DNA of 63,000 nucleotides, filler included, from Nemertoderma westbladi (taxonomy: Eukaryota > Animalia > Xenacoelomorpha), in the NCBI GenBank assembly GCA_032718475.1. It is 3 parts of 3 records of this genome, joined end to end, with 100 filler letters (N's around TTAATTAATTAA, not from the genome) between each part and the next. Parts side by side here need not be neighbours in the genome. Positions count along the whole stretch, not along the records: positions 1 to 20,031 come from JAUCBJ010006198.1; positions 20,132 to 45,084 come from JAUCBJ010003488.1; 1 more part is not named here. One strand, given 5' to 3'. Below, piece by piece: positions 14,801-26,118 of this stretch. Both the position numbers and the translations under genes were made by a program. Every line of letters begins with the position of its first letter. The first letter of the stretch is position 1. Under the pieces are notes generated by a model. It searched no databases. It had not been told where the DNA came from and saw only the letters and a list, made by a program, of their open reading frames with translations.

Positions 14801-15117
14801 CTGCGCCAGAGCTACGATGGCTGACTCATCGCCTGCACCAGAACTACTACTGGCTAACTCATCGTCTGCACCAGAACTACGACTGGCCAACTCATCGCCT
14901 GCACCAGAGCTACGATGGCCGACTCGTTGCCTGCACCAGAGCTACGACTGGCCGACTCCTTTCCTGCACCAGAGCTATGACTAGCCGACTCCTTGCCTGC
15001 ACCAGAGCTACGACTGGCCGACTCCTTGCCTGCACCAGAGCTATGACTAGCCGACTCGTTGCCTGCACCACAGCTACGACTGGCCGACTCGTCGCACATA
15101 CCAGAACTACGACTAGC
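11893..15117. repeat. 33-bp minisatellite, ~95 copies
   Basis: Unit gactggccgactcgtcgcctgcaccagagctac with 32-bp variants. Confidence 0.95.
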
Positions 15118-16989
15118 GGCGTACTCTTATCTATCCGAATACCTCTCACACCACCTACTGACTCCCGTAACTCGATTCATTCAAATTTAATGAGGTCCAC
15201 TACAATAATGTAATGAATGGGGTTTAATTTCTCACCTATTTTGGCGTATTCGATGCAGGGTGGGTTTATGTTTATATTTGAAAGCATTCGGTGTAGTCAA
15301 ACACGACGTACTGGCCTATCCAGAGGCGGTTAATCCTGCCGAGACCCAACTGCCATGATGCCGATAACTGGCTAATAATAATACAAGAAATTTAATTACA
15401 TTAGATTTATTATAGAGATTGATCTTGAAATATATAAACATTTCCCCATCACACATTATCTTAGATAGGCCCTACACCAATAATGCTGAAAAGTGTATCT
15501 CCATTCATTCCATTATTGTAGTGTACCTCATGAATTTTTAATGAGTCTCTTACACATATAGAATCAAGGAATGCAATAGAGCCGGAACCACATTAGTGTA
15601 CTACCCCTGAGACCACCCTGATTTTTTTTTGCCTATGATGTAGATAGACATAAGAACTCGAATATTGATAAATGTAGTTTATCAAAAATGGGGGTCATTG
15701 TACTCGTTCAAGTGATATTCCCGTTTCCATGGCAACCAATTTTTTCATTTTCTTGGACTATATGTTGCGGCTTAATCATTGCTTGTATTTGTCAAACAAT
15801 AGTTTCAAATAAATATATCAAAGTATTAAAGTATATTGTTAAAAAAAAGAGAAGAATTTGTTGCCATGGAAACAGGAATTTTATGTGCAGTTTTCTGAGC
15901 GACTTTTTTTCATGCGCTTTTTTCATGCGCTTCTGCATGGTTAACTAATTTAGTTTGCAGAGCAAAGGAAATTTGTCTAATCATTTAATCTGTTTTATCA
16001 TTGGCTGCTACACTTACGATATATAGGAAGCTTTAAAACAAATTATCGCCCAAAAAACAAGGGAATGTAACCCAGACCATTAGGTTTGTTGGTTGCAAAT
16101 ACAACTATTCGCAAATAATATTGACAGGTATATCATAAACTATTTATTTAAAACATTTAGTGGAAATTATTAAATTTAACTGAAGTGCAATTGTATATTT
16201 TTTTGCATCAGTTTACCTTAAATATGTGGGGCAATTTTCGATACACTTAATATTGAAAACATATAAAATTAATGTGGGACAGGCCAGTGCAGTGTAGGCC
16301 TAAGTAAATTCTTATTGAATTACCATACAGCATATTGTATACAACAAGCCCCTAATATTATAGTCCCCCCCCCCCCGAATTTTTCTGCAAATCTTAATGA
16401 GGATCGTCACTTTCAATCTTTATCTACAAGCGCTTAAAAAAATGTCTCCGGTGATATTTCACCACCAGTTACTCTGAGAGTTATTCTTCAACTTATAGTT
16501 ATTTGTTGGTACTGATTGAAAGCTGGCCGAATAAGGATACCAAATATGTAAAAATACATTTAAATTTCATTGGGAAATAGTTGAGATATGGGATTTTGAC
16601 TCTTGTATGTATTTGCTTCCTATGCAGACCTATTTAATAAATTCACCATGTTCTAGAACATTTTCAGGTATTAATTATATCAGTTTATTTAAGTCTATTT
16701 GTATGGCCAAGACCATCATAAGTAGGCCTATATACCAGTAATGTTAGTATATATCATACATAGATTTAATATTGTTATGTTTAAGAATATTAATGGAATT
16801 CTTACCATTTTTATGCTAATTGAATTAAATAATACTAATACTGTAATACAGTATAATCTTACACTTAGTCTACAACCAACGGCTATTATCAATGAAGAAT
16901 ACTCATTTACGGAACAGAATTTCAACTTCTAGTAACTTTGCAGTGAATGCACCATTTACAACTAAATTTGGTATAATAATTAATTAAAC

Positions 16990-18206
16990 CAAGGACTTCT
17001 AGAACATAGTATATATTCAGGACGCGATGCTCGCATACAGTGTTAATTTTATTAGAGGCCGGTATTCATTATCTTAGTTTATAGATATAGTGTAGCTAAA
17101 TAAAAGAAATGCAGTTACAATACTACAGTCTTGGCGAAAATTATACTACAATACTATTACAAAAATTACTAATACAAAAACTAGCTATAGTAGAAAAAAT
17201 TCGTTTATGGGTACACACACATACAATTAATAGTATCGCCTATTACATAGTAAACAGAAACACAGTGGAAATTTCTCGCAAATTTAACAATCAAATAGTT
17301 TGGGACGCCTTGGTTTTATTCTTAACTTTTTATTCTAGAACTTATTTCATCAAGTTAAAAGATCATGTACATACGCTCTAGCTAGTTGTTGCTACTTTTT
17401 TTAAAACGTATTTTTTTTATTATTGAAATATTAAATTTAAAAAAAAAAATAATAAAAAAATTTATTATAAACCCGCCTTGGCGAATTAATATCCCGCCTC
17501 AATGTTAAATTCTCAATTTGGGGAAAGGAGCAGGTTTCAGTGGCACGTTATTTTAACCAAAACAATAAACTAAACACAATAGAACAGGTTTACAGTTTTA
17601 TTTTTGAGAGTAATAAACTGTTATTTGCGTCGAATTTTCCCTGGAGAGGGATGAATTTTAGTAAAATGTAAAGTTTTTCAGCCGTTAAGCCAGGGATTAC
17701 ATTACGCACAAAGTTCTTTGACTTATTCTCAGTAAATAAACAGTAAATTTCCAGTAAACAATAATAAGTCTAAAAAGTCTAACTATACTCTGGGATAAAC
17801 GTATATAAACCGCCTCCAGATTATACATATTTCGAAATATTGTGGCTCGTATATTTTATTAGGAGTTCGGTTTCAGTGGTAGATACAGTCAGTTATTTCA
17901 CACAACTTATTTCAAAGGTTATTTCAAATATCTTTCAACAGTTAGTTATTTTGTACTAATAAATTATCGCTAGCAAATTGTCGTAAAATATTTACATTAA
18001 AAGAAAGTACATTAGGTTGTTTCTCAATACAAATTAATAACATTAAAAACGTTCGCATTAAAAACAATGAAAGGAAATTGAGAAGTTTACTTCTGTAAAT
18101 TAAAGTAATTAGGCCTACACTGAATAGAAAAAACCGGCCTCTAATAAAATTAACACTGTATGCCAGCATCGCGTCCTGAATATATACTATGTTCTAGAAG
18201 TCCTTG
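16990..18206. mobile_element. Non-autonomous TIR element, P-superfamily-like
   Basis: ~70-bp TIRs caaggacttctagaacatag.../...ctatgttctagaagtccttg; 7-bp TSD ATTAAAC (16983-16989, 18207-18213). The same terminus recurs at ~58092. Confidence 0.8.
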
Positions 18207-19059
18207 ATTAAACTATCTACGAATTGAATAAAAAAAAAAAACTGAAAATTTCATTTTTGGGTGCAAAAAAATTTCGAGTTTCTTTACATTCGTTGCCCCA
18301 ATGAAATACAGTATAAATACTAATTTGCTGTTGTCAAACTCTTTAGCAAGGAATGTGCAAAATATTGAATTCAAGAAAAAACATTTAGTTTTTTTACCGT
18401 TTGTGGGCACGAAAAGTGTAAGTAACAAATAAGGCAAATTATTGAGATTTGGATACTATTACAAAATATTAAAAGTGCTGGCTACTTGTATTTTTCAACC
18501 ACTGATACCCCCGAAAAGTACCTTTCACATTGAAGCGTCAGTGTCTATATAAATAATTTCATTGAATACATCACATTCGAATACCTAAAAAGAACCCCCC
18601 CCCCCCCCCCCCCCCCCCCCTGGGGCAAATATAATAGATTTAGACACTATTACAAAATATGAATATGAGGTGCGATCTTTATAAGCCAAAACAATAAACC
18701 GATTATTTACATATTAAGAGTTACAGTACTCCAGAATTACCCACAGCACTGGTGTTTAGGGTATTCACATACGCCTTATTCCCACATATGTAAAAAAGGT
18801 AAAAAATAAACATAAACAACAATAAATAATAATTATTATTCCCGGATTACGCACCGGTGGCTGTTGTTATTATTAATCATGGTAGATAACCTATTAAGTA
18901 AAAAACGAATCAACAAAAAAAAGACAATAATTATTCACGAAGTTAATACAAGTTTTTTGAGACCCCCCTCCCCCCCCCCCCCCCCCCTTACTCTGCGTAG
19001 GTGCGCAATAGTCCAGTTCGAAATAATAATAGTTGGCTACAGTAAGTGGATGAATAAAA

Positions 19060-20031
19060 TTATAGTTCCCCATCTTCCTTAAGTTTCTGAGATGGTGGCT
19101 TTGGACTGGGGCTTCTTCTCGCTTTAGCAGGTCCTCTCCAAGCCTGCCGCTCCCTTTCCTTTTTCATTTCATCTGCTTCCTTCTGCATTTTCAACATGTA
19201 GACTTCAATTTCCATATCTTCCTTCACTTTCGCTGCCAGATCTTTCTCCCCTGCTTTTGTCAGTTTCTTGATAAGGTACTCCTGTACGTCAACGGTGGTT
19301 CTTTGTCCCGGGTAGACGTCTCTGCTGCCGCCGTTAGCGAACCACATGATGGTGGGATATCCATTGACTTCCGCCGTCACACAGACGTCGTTGTCAGTGG
19401 TGCAGTCAACCTCCGAGACGAATATCTTATCGGAAGTCGCAAACTTCCCCGCCAATTCCTGCCACATGGCGGCCATCTCTTGACAGTGCGGACACCAAGG
19501 CGCAAAGAACTTCACCAAATGATAACCTTTCTTGATGAAATTTTTGTAAGTGAATTCAGTAAGTTTGTAGAGACCATTCTTCTCCACAACAGCCATTTCA
19601 TCTTCTTCCTCCTCATCTTCATCTTCTTCTGTTTGATCAGTTATCGGATCGTCTTCTATATTGCCTGTGGCTTCTTCCAATGCAGCTTTCTTAGCTTCAG
19701 CTTCTTTCGCCTCAGCTAAACCAGCCAACGTATCATCAAGAAACTTAACGAGAGCATCGAATGTGCGAGCTCCGTTGTATTTAATAGCATCTTCGCTGGT
19801 TCCGTCAGCAGCGAGGAATAGTTTCAATGTTGGGTAACTCCGGATTCCGTAACTAGCGCATACCTCAGTGTCTTTAGTGCAATCAGTATTAGCTATTATG
19901 ACTGGACTGTCTTCCGTGTTCTTCTTTTCTGCTAGTTTTTGCCAGGTGGGTGCCAGGTTCTTACAATGACCGCACCACGGCGCATAAAACATAACGAAAT
20001 GATGAGATTCTTGAAGTGATTCGTTAAAGTT
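19060..20031 (-). CDS. TXNDC5: TXNDC5/ERp46-like protein disulfide isomerase, 5'-truncated at segment end
   Basis: HFVMFYAPWCGHC and HLVKFFAPWCPHC thioredoxin domains, GYPT-like motifs, KDEL-like end DGEL; frame open up to the gap. Confidence 0.8.
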   Translation of the reverse strand, partial: NFNESLQESHHFVMFYAPWCGHCKNLAPTWQKLAEKKNTEDSPVIIANTDCTKDTEVCASYGIRSYPTLKLFLAADGTSEDAIKYNGARTFDALVKFLDDTLAGLAEAKEAEAKKAALEEATGNIEDDPITDQTEEDEDEEEEDEMAVVEKNGLYKLTEFTYKNFIKKGYHLVKFFAPWCPHCQEMAAMWQELAGKFATSDKIFVSEVDCTTDNDVCVTAEVNGYPTIMWFANGGSRDVYPGQRTTVDVQEYLIKKLTKAGEKDLAAKVKEDMEIEVYMLKMQKEADEMKKERERQAWRGPAKARRSPSPKPPSQKLKEDGEL

Positions 20032-20131
20032 NNNNNNNNNNNNNNNNNNNNNNNNNNNNNNNNNNNNNNNNNNNNTTAATTAATTAANNNNNNNNNNNNN
20101 NNNNNNNNNNNNNNNNNNNNNNNNNNNNNNN
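20032..20131. other. Artificial contig linker
   Basis: N44-TTAATTAATTAA-N44, with stops in all six frames. Confidence 0.95.
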
Positions 20132-21427
20132 CACTTTTCTTTTCGCTTCTGCCTCTGCCGCTGCCGCTGCCGCTTTCCTTTCCATTTCGTCGGCTTTACT
20201 TTCCTCTTCAGCTGCTTTCCTTTCAGCTTCGGCAGCTGCTACTGCTGCTTTCTTTCTGTCTTCTATACGTTTTTTCTTTACTTGCTTTTCTTGGACTCGT
20301 GTGATGCGGAGTTGTTCATCAAATTTAGCCTGGTTCGCAGCCCTCATTTCCACATCGATTGCGTCCAGCACAAGCTTGGTTCCTTCACTATTAGGGCTAA
20401 GCCCCTCTAACCTTCTCCTCAACTCGTCATCACCTAAAAAACGTTGATAGTCTGACAGATAGATGTCAATGGCATCCCTCTTATGCGGCTTCTCTGCCGT
20501 CGCTTCACTTTCCACTTGGGAAAAAGTAGCGTCTGTTGATTCTCCATGGGTTGAGCGCTCCTCCAGCTGAGCTTTCCACTGAGCTGTTCCTTGAACCTGG
20601 CGACTCACCCGTTGAAACCAAGTCTTTACGGCAACTTGCAACGACGTGTCTTGTCTTCTTTTAGAAGCCTCTTCAAAGGCTGATAATATTAGCCTGATTC
20701 GCAGAATTCTTTCTCTAACTTGATAAAGCAGTTGTCCCTGCTCTTGAGGTCCTTGAGGTTGTTGTAACAGTTGTTTTTCTATTCGCTCCATAGAGCTGAA
20801 GAATCCCTGTGCGTATCCGGCTGCGGACCTCTTCCACACAGCTGGATCGATGGTTTCCTTGGCTACTCCCATCCGGTGTATGTCTTCCCAGGCAGCTTCT
20901 GATAAATCAAACGGGAGTCCGGGTCTGGGGAAGTTCCATTGCGACTCGACAATAGACTTCAGTTCTTCCCTCGTGTATCCCGCATAACTATCTTTAGTTG
21001 ATCGCTGACTTCTCGCCCAATCGATCTGGTGTTCTTCCACCGCAATCAATAACCTAGTGAGTACGGCTGCAGGAAGGATGAGAAGGGGATCCGAATAAAC
21101 CGAATCCATCATCTTTGCTCCGCGTTCGGGTGTCAGCTCTACAGTATCCTCACTACTGGAGCTGTTGGGCCGTTGAGAAATAAGTTCTTGGCTCGCGGGT
21201 TGTTGCTGTTCTGCTGCTTCTTGGTCCCGCTTGACCTGAGCTCGAGTGCCTATGATAGACCTACGATGTTGGACCAGCCTAGGTTCTGTTATTACTACAG
21301 GAGGGATGACCTTCCTCACAGTGGGAGGTGAACTGAACTTACGACTAGACGGTTCTACGCCTCTATCTGAGTCGCAGATAGTTACATCTAATAAACTGTC
21401 TGACAGGTTCTGCTTAGTATCAGACAT
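20132..21427 (-). CDS. Uncharacterised ORF (>430 aa, coiled-coil C-part), 3'-truncated; possibly retroelement gag/ORF1
   Basis: Long ATG-initiated intronless ORF with EAERKAA-type repeats; no domain recognised. Confidence 0.55.
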
Positions 21428-21841
21428 GTTTATGTGTACAGTTGAATGCCTACTGCTATATTACAGTCTGAGCAAGTCTAGTAACTCAGTATTAACTGCT
21501 AGCCTAGTAATTAATTACCGATACTGCTACTCGGTGTAGCGTGATATATATAATATATTAGAATACCGGTATGCTTATAGTATATATAAGTATTATTACA
21601 GACTAGATTTATCACAGAATACCGGTATAATTTTAGCACAAATATATATAAATATATAATAGGCCTATCGGGAATACCGGTATACAGCTTACAGTTATAG
21701 TATATATAAGTATAATTCTGGACTAGAATTAATTATAAAGTACCGGTATAATTTCAGCCTAAATTTATAGAAATAAAGATAATAGGCCTATCGTAAATAC
21801 CTACGGTGGCTGATTGCGGCCAATTATTTCCATTTTTTTAA

Positions 21842-22286
21842 TGTTTATCACCCGGGTGAAAAACATTTATCACCCGGGTGAAAAACATTTATCACCCGGG
21901 TGAAAAACATTTATCACCCGGGTGAAAAACATTTATCACCCGGGTGAAAAACATTTATCACCCGGGTGAAAAACATTTATCACCCGGGTGAAAAACATTT
22001 ATCACCCGGGTGAAAAACATTTATCACCCGGGTGAAAAACATTTATCACCCGGGTGAAAAACATTTATCACCTGGGTGAAAAACATTTATCACCCGGGTG
22101 AAAAACATTTATCACCCGGGTGAAAAACATTTATCACCTGGGTGAAAAACATTTATCACCCGGGTGAAAAACATTTATCACCCGGGTAAAAAACATTTAT
22201 CACCCGGGTGAAAAACATTTATCACCCGGGTGAAAAACATTTATCACCTGGGTGAAAAACATTTATCACCCGGGTGAAAAACATTT
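21842..22286. repeat. Left subterminal array, 20 x 22 bp
   Basis: Unit tttatcacccgggtgaaaaaca with palindromic core TCACCCGGGTGA. Confidence 0.95.
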
Positions 22287-23127
22287 AAATGCTTAAAGGC
22301 ATTTGAATATTTTTTGATGTAAATCATTACAGGGTTTTATTTTTTAAATGTTTTTACAGCATATTGTAATGTGCCGTAAATTTTCTGTTAATAAATGGGC
22401 CTGTCAAATTACTACAAAACAGTAGGCCTATACAGTGAGTGTGATGTCATAGTTACCGTAGATAAACTGAAACTGACTGTAGTACATCCTGTGTGTGTAT
22501 AAGCTTAAAGGGCTACATACCGCAAGGCGCAAACAGAAATTGGTCGATTTAGGCTGTTTTCCAATGTGACAGCGGATAATAGATTTGTTTGTGCGTGATT
22601 TGGCGAAACAATGCATATCCAGTGACAAGATATTTTGTAAAAGTTATTACGTTTTAATTAATGCACAATGAGTCTGTTCACGGTCTGACGGTCGTCTAAA
22701 TAACAGCGTCTGGCAACTGGCAACCACGTACAACGTCTCCCTAAAGAACAAATAAGGCCTACTGGAAACCGCTCTGTTTGCTATAGCACTACTGCATTAT
22801 AACGACACCCCTAGCGCCTAGTACTTCCCGGTATATCAGTATAATAACTGATATACTGTACTGTACATAATCTAGTAACACGTGTTAACTTTCGTGTATT
22901 GTTTTGGTTCCCCCAAGCAGTTATTATCAACCAGACACACAAATAGGCCTATACTTACTTCATACAGCTAATACAGTAGTAGCTAAGTAAATTAAAACTA
23001 AAACTACTGTAAAAGTAAAATTCAAACTCTTGACATAACTATATCCTTGTTTGTATAAGCCTAAGGTGGTTGTAGTCTACTGTGCATACAATAAACCAAT
23101 ATTAGTTCCTTTAGGAAATTTTCCAGA

Positions 23128-25221
23128 ATGGCTGATAGAGTAGTTGGTGCGAAAGTTGGTGAAACTGTATCCAGCAACAAGAGACGGCTAATATCGAACT
23201 TACGTCATGATTTAAACACACGTATTGAGGAAATTCGTTCTGCTGTTGGTACCAGCTCTGGAACCAGCAGTCGCCCAAATTCTGCAGGCTTACCCCAAGG
23301 CCGGCCATGTAAGGAATGTAACACAGTAATTGTGAAGATGAAAGTTAAAGTAAGCGGTGATAGTTTTAACCAAGCAGTTTTAGTTAAAAAGCCACTTGGC
23401 GAGTCGAATGGGATGTGTATGAAGTTGCCAATGACAGAGAATATTGATACTGTTAGAGTGCTAATTGAGGATAAGGTATTTCCAGAAGGGACCGCTAATG
23501 AGTCTTTAATAAGGCAAGATTTTCCTGGATATAAGTCTGAATATGCATCCTTTGATTTGACAAACATGCTTGGGGACTCCCTAAGCACTTTTAAACATTT
23601 ACGTGAATACACTATAACGAAGTGTATCCATGGTACTTTGAAAATTTGTCTGTTGGGGTTTCTAACTGACTCTAATAGAAGTAACTTTGATGAGGACCTT
23701 GAACAATTGCTCAATGGGATAGATCATGTAGATGACGCTGAGGATGTTGTTACGGTGGAATCGTGTCGTATTATTTGCTCAGGTTGTGGTAGATCGCGTG
23801 AGGAATCGGAGGTTGACTGCTTTTTTTGCCGAATCCAACATGAAGTGAATGAGTCTATTAGAGTAGATAACTTTCGTCAACAACATCCTCGGAACATTCA
23901 AAGACCGGTTCGTTATGTTCGTTCTCTCGGAGGAGATGTTGCTGATTCAGACAGCACAAAGGAGGACAGTTGTACTGAAATTAATTCGAATTCATTGCAA
24001 CCCATGGGCCGAGAAGAACTGGCCAGTTATCACTCATCATTTTTTGGTGATCACCGTAACCCCACTTCTGAAAGTATGGAAAATGATATTTCTTTTTTCA
24101 AAGTATTGAGCAGCAAATTTGAGAGCTTCAAATCCTGCAATACATCATATACCATGTTTGAGATACCGCGGGCTAGGGTAGTGGAAAGTATCTACGATAT
24201 ACTTGAAGAATCCGAAATGTCTACTCCCATCATTATGACTAAGTTTATCGGTGAAGATGGCGTTGACACAGGAGGTCTGACTCGTGATATGTTTTCGTTG
24301 TTCTTTTGCCATCAAAGTGGAGAGCTATTTCGTGGAACATATCCGAAATTTGCGTTTCGACACAATATTGGGTGTCTAGATAAATTTGAATTCCTTGGTA
24401 GAATGACTGCCCTAGCTTTGTTGAATGGCGCACCGGGGCCGCACTTCTTCTCCCCATCTGTAGCTTCATCCATTCTCGAGATTCCTTATTCGGTTAACAT
24501 TGATGAGCTACCTTTAGAAGAGAGCGATATCATAGAGAAGATTAAAGCATTGGATGACGTAAAGGATGAAAAAGCTTTCTCCGATTTAGTTGGAAACTTC
24601 AGTGAAAGGTTTGAAATGGGTTTAACATCAGCTCAGATTTCATTCGAAGAGAAGAACTCTGCAATAGAAATTCTTTGTCGCCATATTCTGATTAGCACAT
24701 GTATGGAGGAGATTCAAAGTTACAGGAAAGGCTTGCAATTCTTCAGTGTTTTGGATATTATGAAGCTGTATCCTGATGATGCTCTGAAAGAGCTCATCCA
24801 TGAGCTTGTTACAGTAGACGATGTTAAACGTTGCTTCAGTCCATCATACACATCGCCTGATAAATCTAGGGAGAGAGAAAAAGAACAAGAAATTGCTTTT
24901 AAGTTTAATATGTTCTTAACAAAGGTCAGTAAAGGATTACTCAAGGCCCAAGTTTATGACTACGAGTGCGATGCAACAGAAGAGAAAGTGCTAAGTCTTG
25001 GCGATATATTGCAGTTCGGTTCAGGATCTCGATTTCCCAACTTTAAGGGAACGTTGCAGTTTGATAGAACGGATGATAGTCAGCGACGAGTTAATTCGGA
25101 TACATGCGCAATGATTATTCATTTTCCGTTGAATGATAGATATCTCTTAGGGTCAACTAAAAAGTTCTGCCGTAACGTGGCTGACGATATTTTTGATGAT
25201 CTCGGATTCGGTCAGATATAA
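23128..25221 (+). CDS. Transposon-borne HECT-domain E3 ubiquitin ligase (G2E3-like)
   Basis: KFIGEDGVDTGGLTRDMF, FEFLGRMTALALLNG, SDTCAMIIHFP (catalytic Cys position), C-terminal GFGQI; CxxC..CxxC motif upstream. Confidence 0.82.
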   Translation: MADRVVGAKVGETVSSNKRRLISNLRHDLNTRIEEIRSAVGTSSGTSSRPNSAGLPQGRPCKECNTVIVKMKVKVSGDSFNQAVLVKKPLGESNGMCMKLPMTENIDTVRVLIEDKVFPEGTANESLIRQDFPGYKSEYASFDLTNMLGDSLSTFKHLREYTITKCIHGTLKICLLGFLTDSNRSNFDEDLEQLLNGIDHVDDAEDVVTVESCRIICSGCGRSREESEVDCFFCRIQHEVNESIRVDNFRQQHPRNIQRPVRYVRSLGGDVADSDSTKEDSCTEINSNSLQPMGREELASYHSSFFGDHRNPTSESMENDISFFKVLSSKFESFKSCNTSYTMFEIPRARVVESIYDILEESEMSTPIIMTKFIGEDGVDTGGLTRDMFSLFFCHQSGELFRGTYPKFAFRHNIGCLDKFEFLGRMTALALLNGAPGPHFFSPSVASSILEIPYSVNIDELPLEESDIIEKIKALDDVKDEKAFSDLVGNFSERFEMGLTSAQISFEEKNSAIEILCRHILISTCMEEIQSYRKGLQFFSVLDIMKLYPDDALKELIHELVTVDDVKRCFSPSYTSPDKSREREKEQEIAFKFNMFLTKVSKGLLKAQVYDYECDATEEKVLSLGDILQFGSGSRFPNFKGTLQFDRTDDSQRRVNSDTCAMIIHFPLNDRYLLGSTKKFCRNVADDIFDDLGFGQI

Positions 25222-26118
25222 CTCAACTTGTTAAACTTGGTTAGATATAGCTAAACTTGTATACTACAACCCAGAACTGCCAACCGAACTTTGAATACTT
25301 TGTTTATTACGTAGTGAAACTTTTAGAAGTTTTTCATTTTTAGTACAATTGATGTGTCTTAGTAAAGATTTAAATGTGTTTGAACGTTAAAATGTTTAAT
25401 TTATTAACAAGGGAGGGTGTGCAAGCAAAGGCGGGGTGGGTTGGGTGGGGCGATAAATCCTTTAGAGCAATAAATAAGCATAATAAAATAAAAATAAGAT
25501 AAAAAATATATGCATAAATTTGCAGCGCCACCTACTGTAGTGGTGCAGAATTATTTTCACAAAATTTCGCCTGATAATTATGTTGCCCCATCTTTGATCT
25601 ATCACATAAAAAACTTTAATTTGATTAGATTCAAAACTATAAAAGTACTAGTATTAACTAATATTAAATAGCGAAAAATAAAATTTATATGACCCCCCCC
25701 CCCCCCCCCCCGATATGGATCATATAAATTTTATTTGTTTATTTTAATATTAATAGTTAAATTTAAGAATACAATTAAATACTACGTGGGAAATAAACGT
25801 ATAACATTTAATTATATTACTGGGGCGAGGGGGGGGGGGGGGGGGGGGGGGGGTGCATGGATTTTAAAATAATTATTGGATTACACAAATCGATCAATCA
25901 AACATTAATAATTATTATTAAGGTCAACATTTTTAATTAGTAATTAATTAATTATTAATCATTAAATGCATATATATGCATTTTCGGTGGACTACTGTAT
26001 ATTGAATTGAAATTACCCCCCCCCCCCCCCCCCCCAACTTAAAGATTGAACCTTCCCGAGCAAAAAATGTCTGTAATACCTAAGAAAGTCTGTCAATATA
26101 TTATATTGATATTAGATT

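Noticed and set aside
11808-15213. Many overlapping repeat ORFs
   Set aside because: Products of the 33-bp minisatellite with frequent frameshifts.
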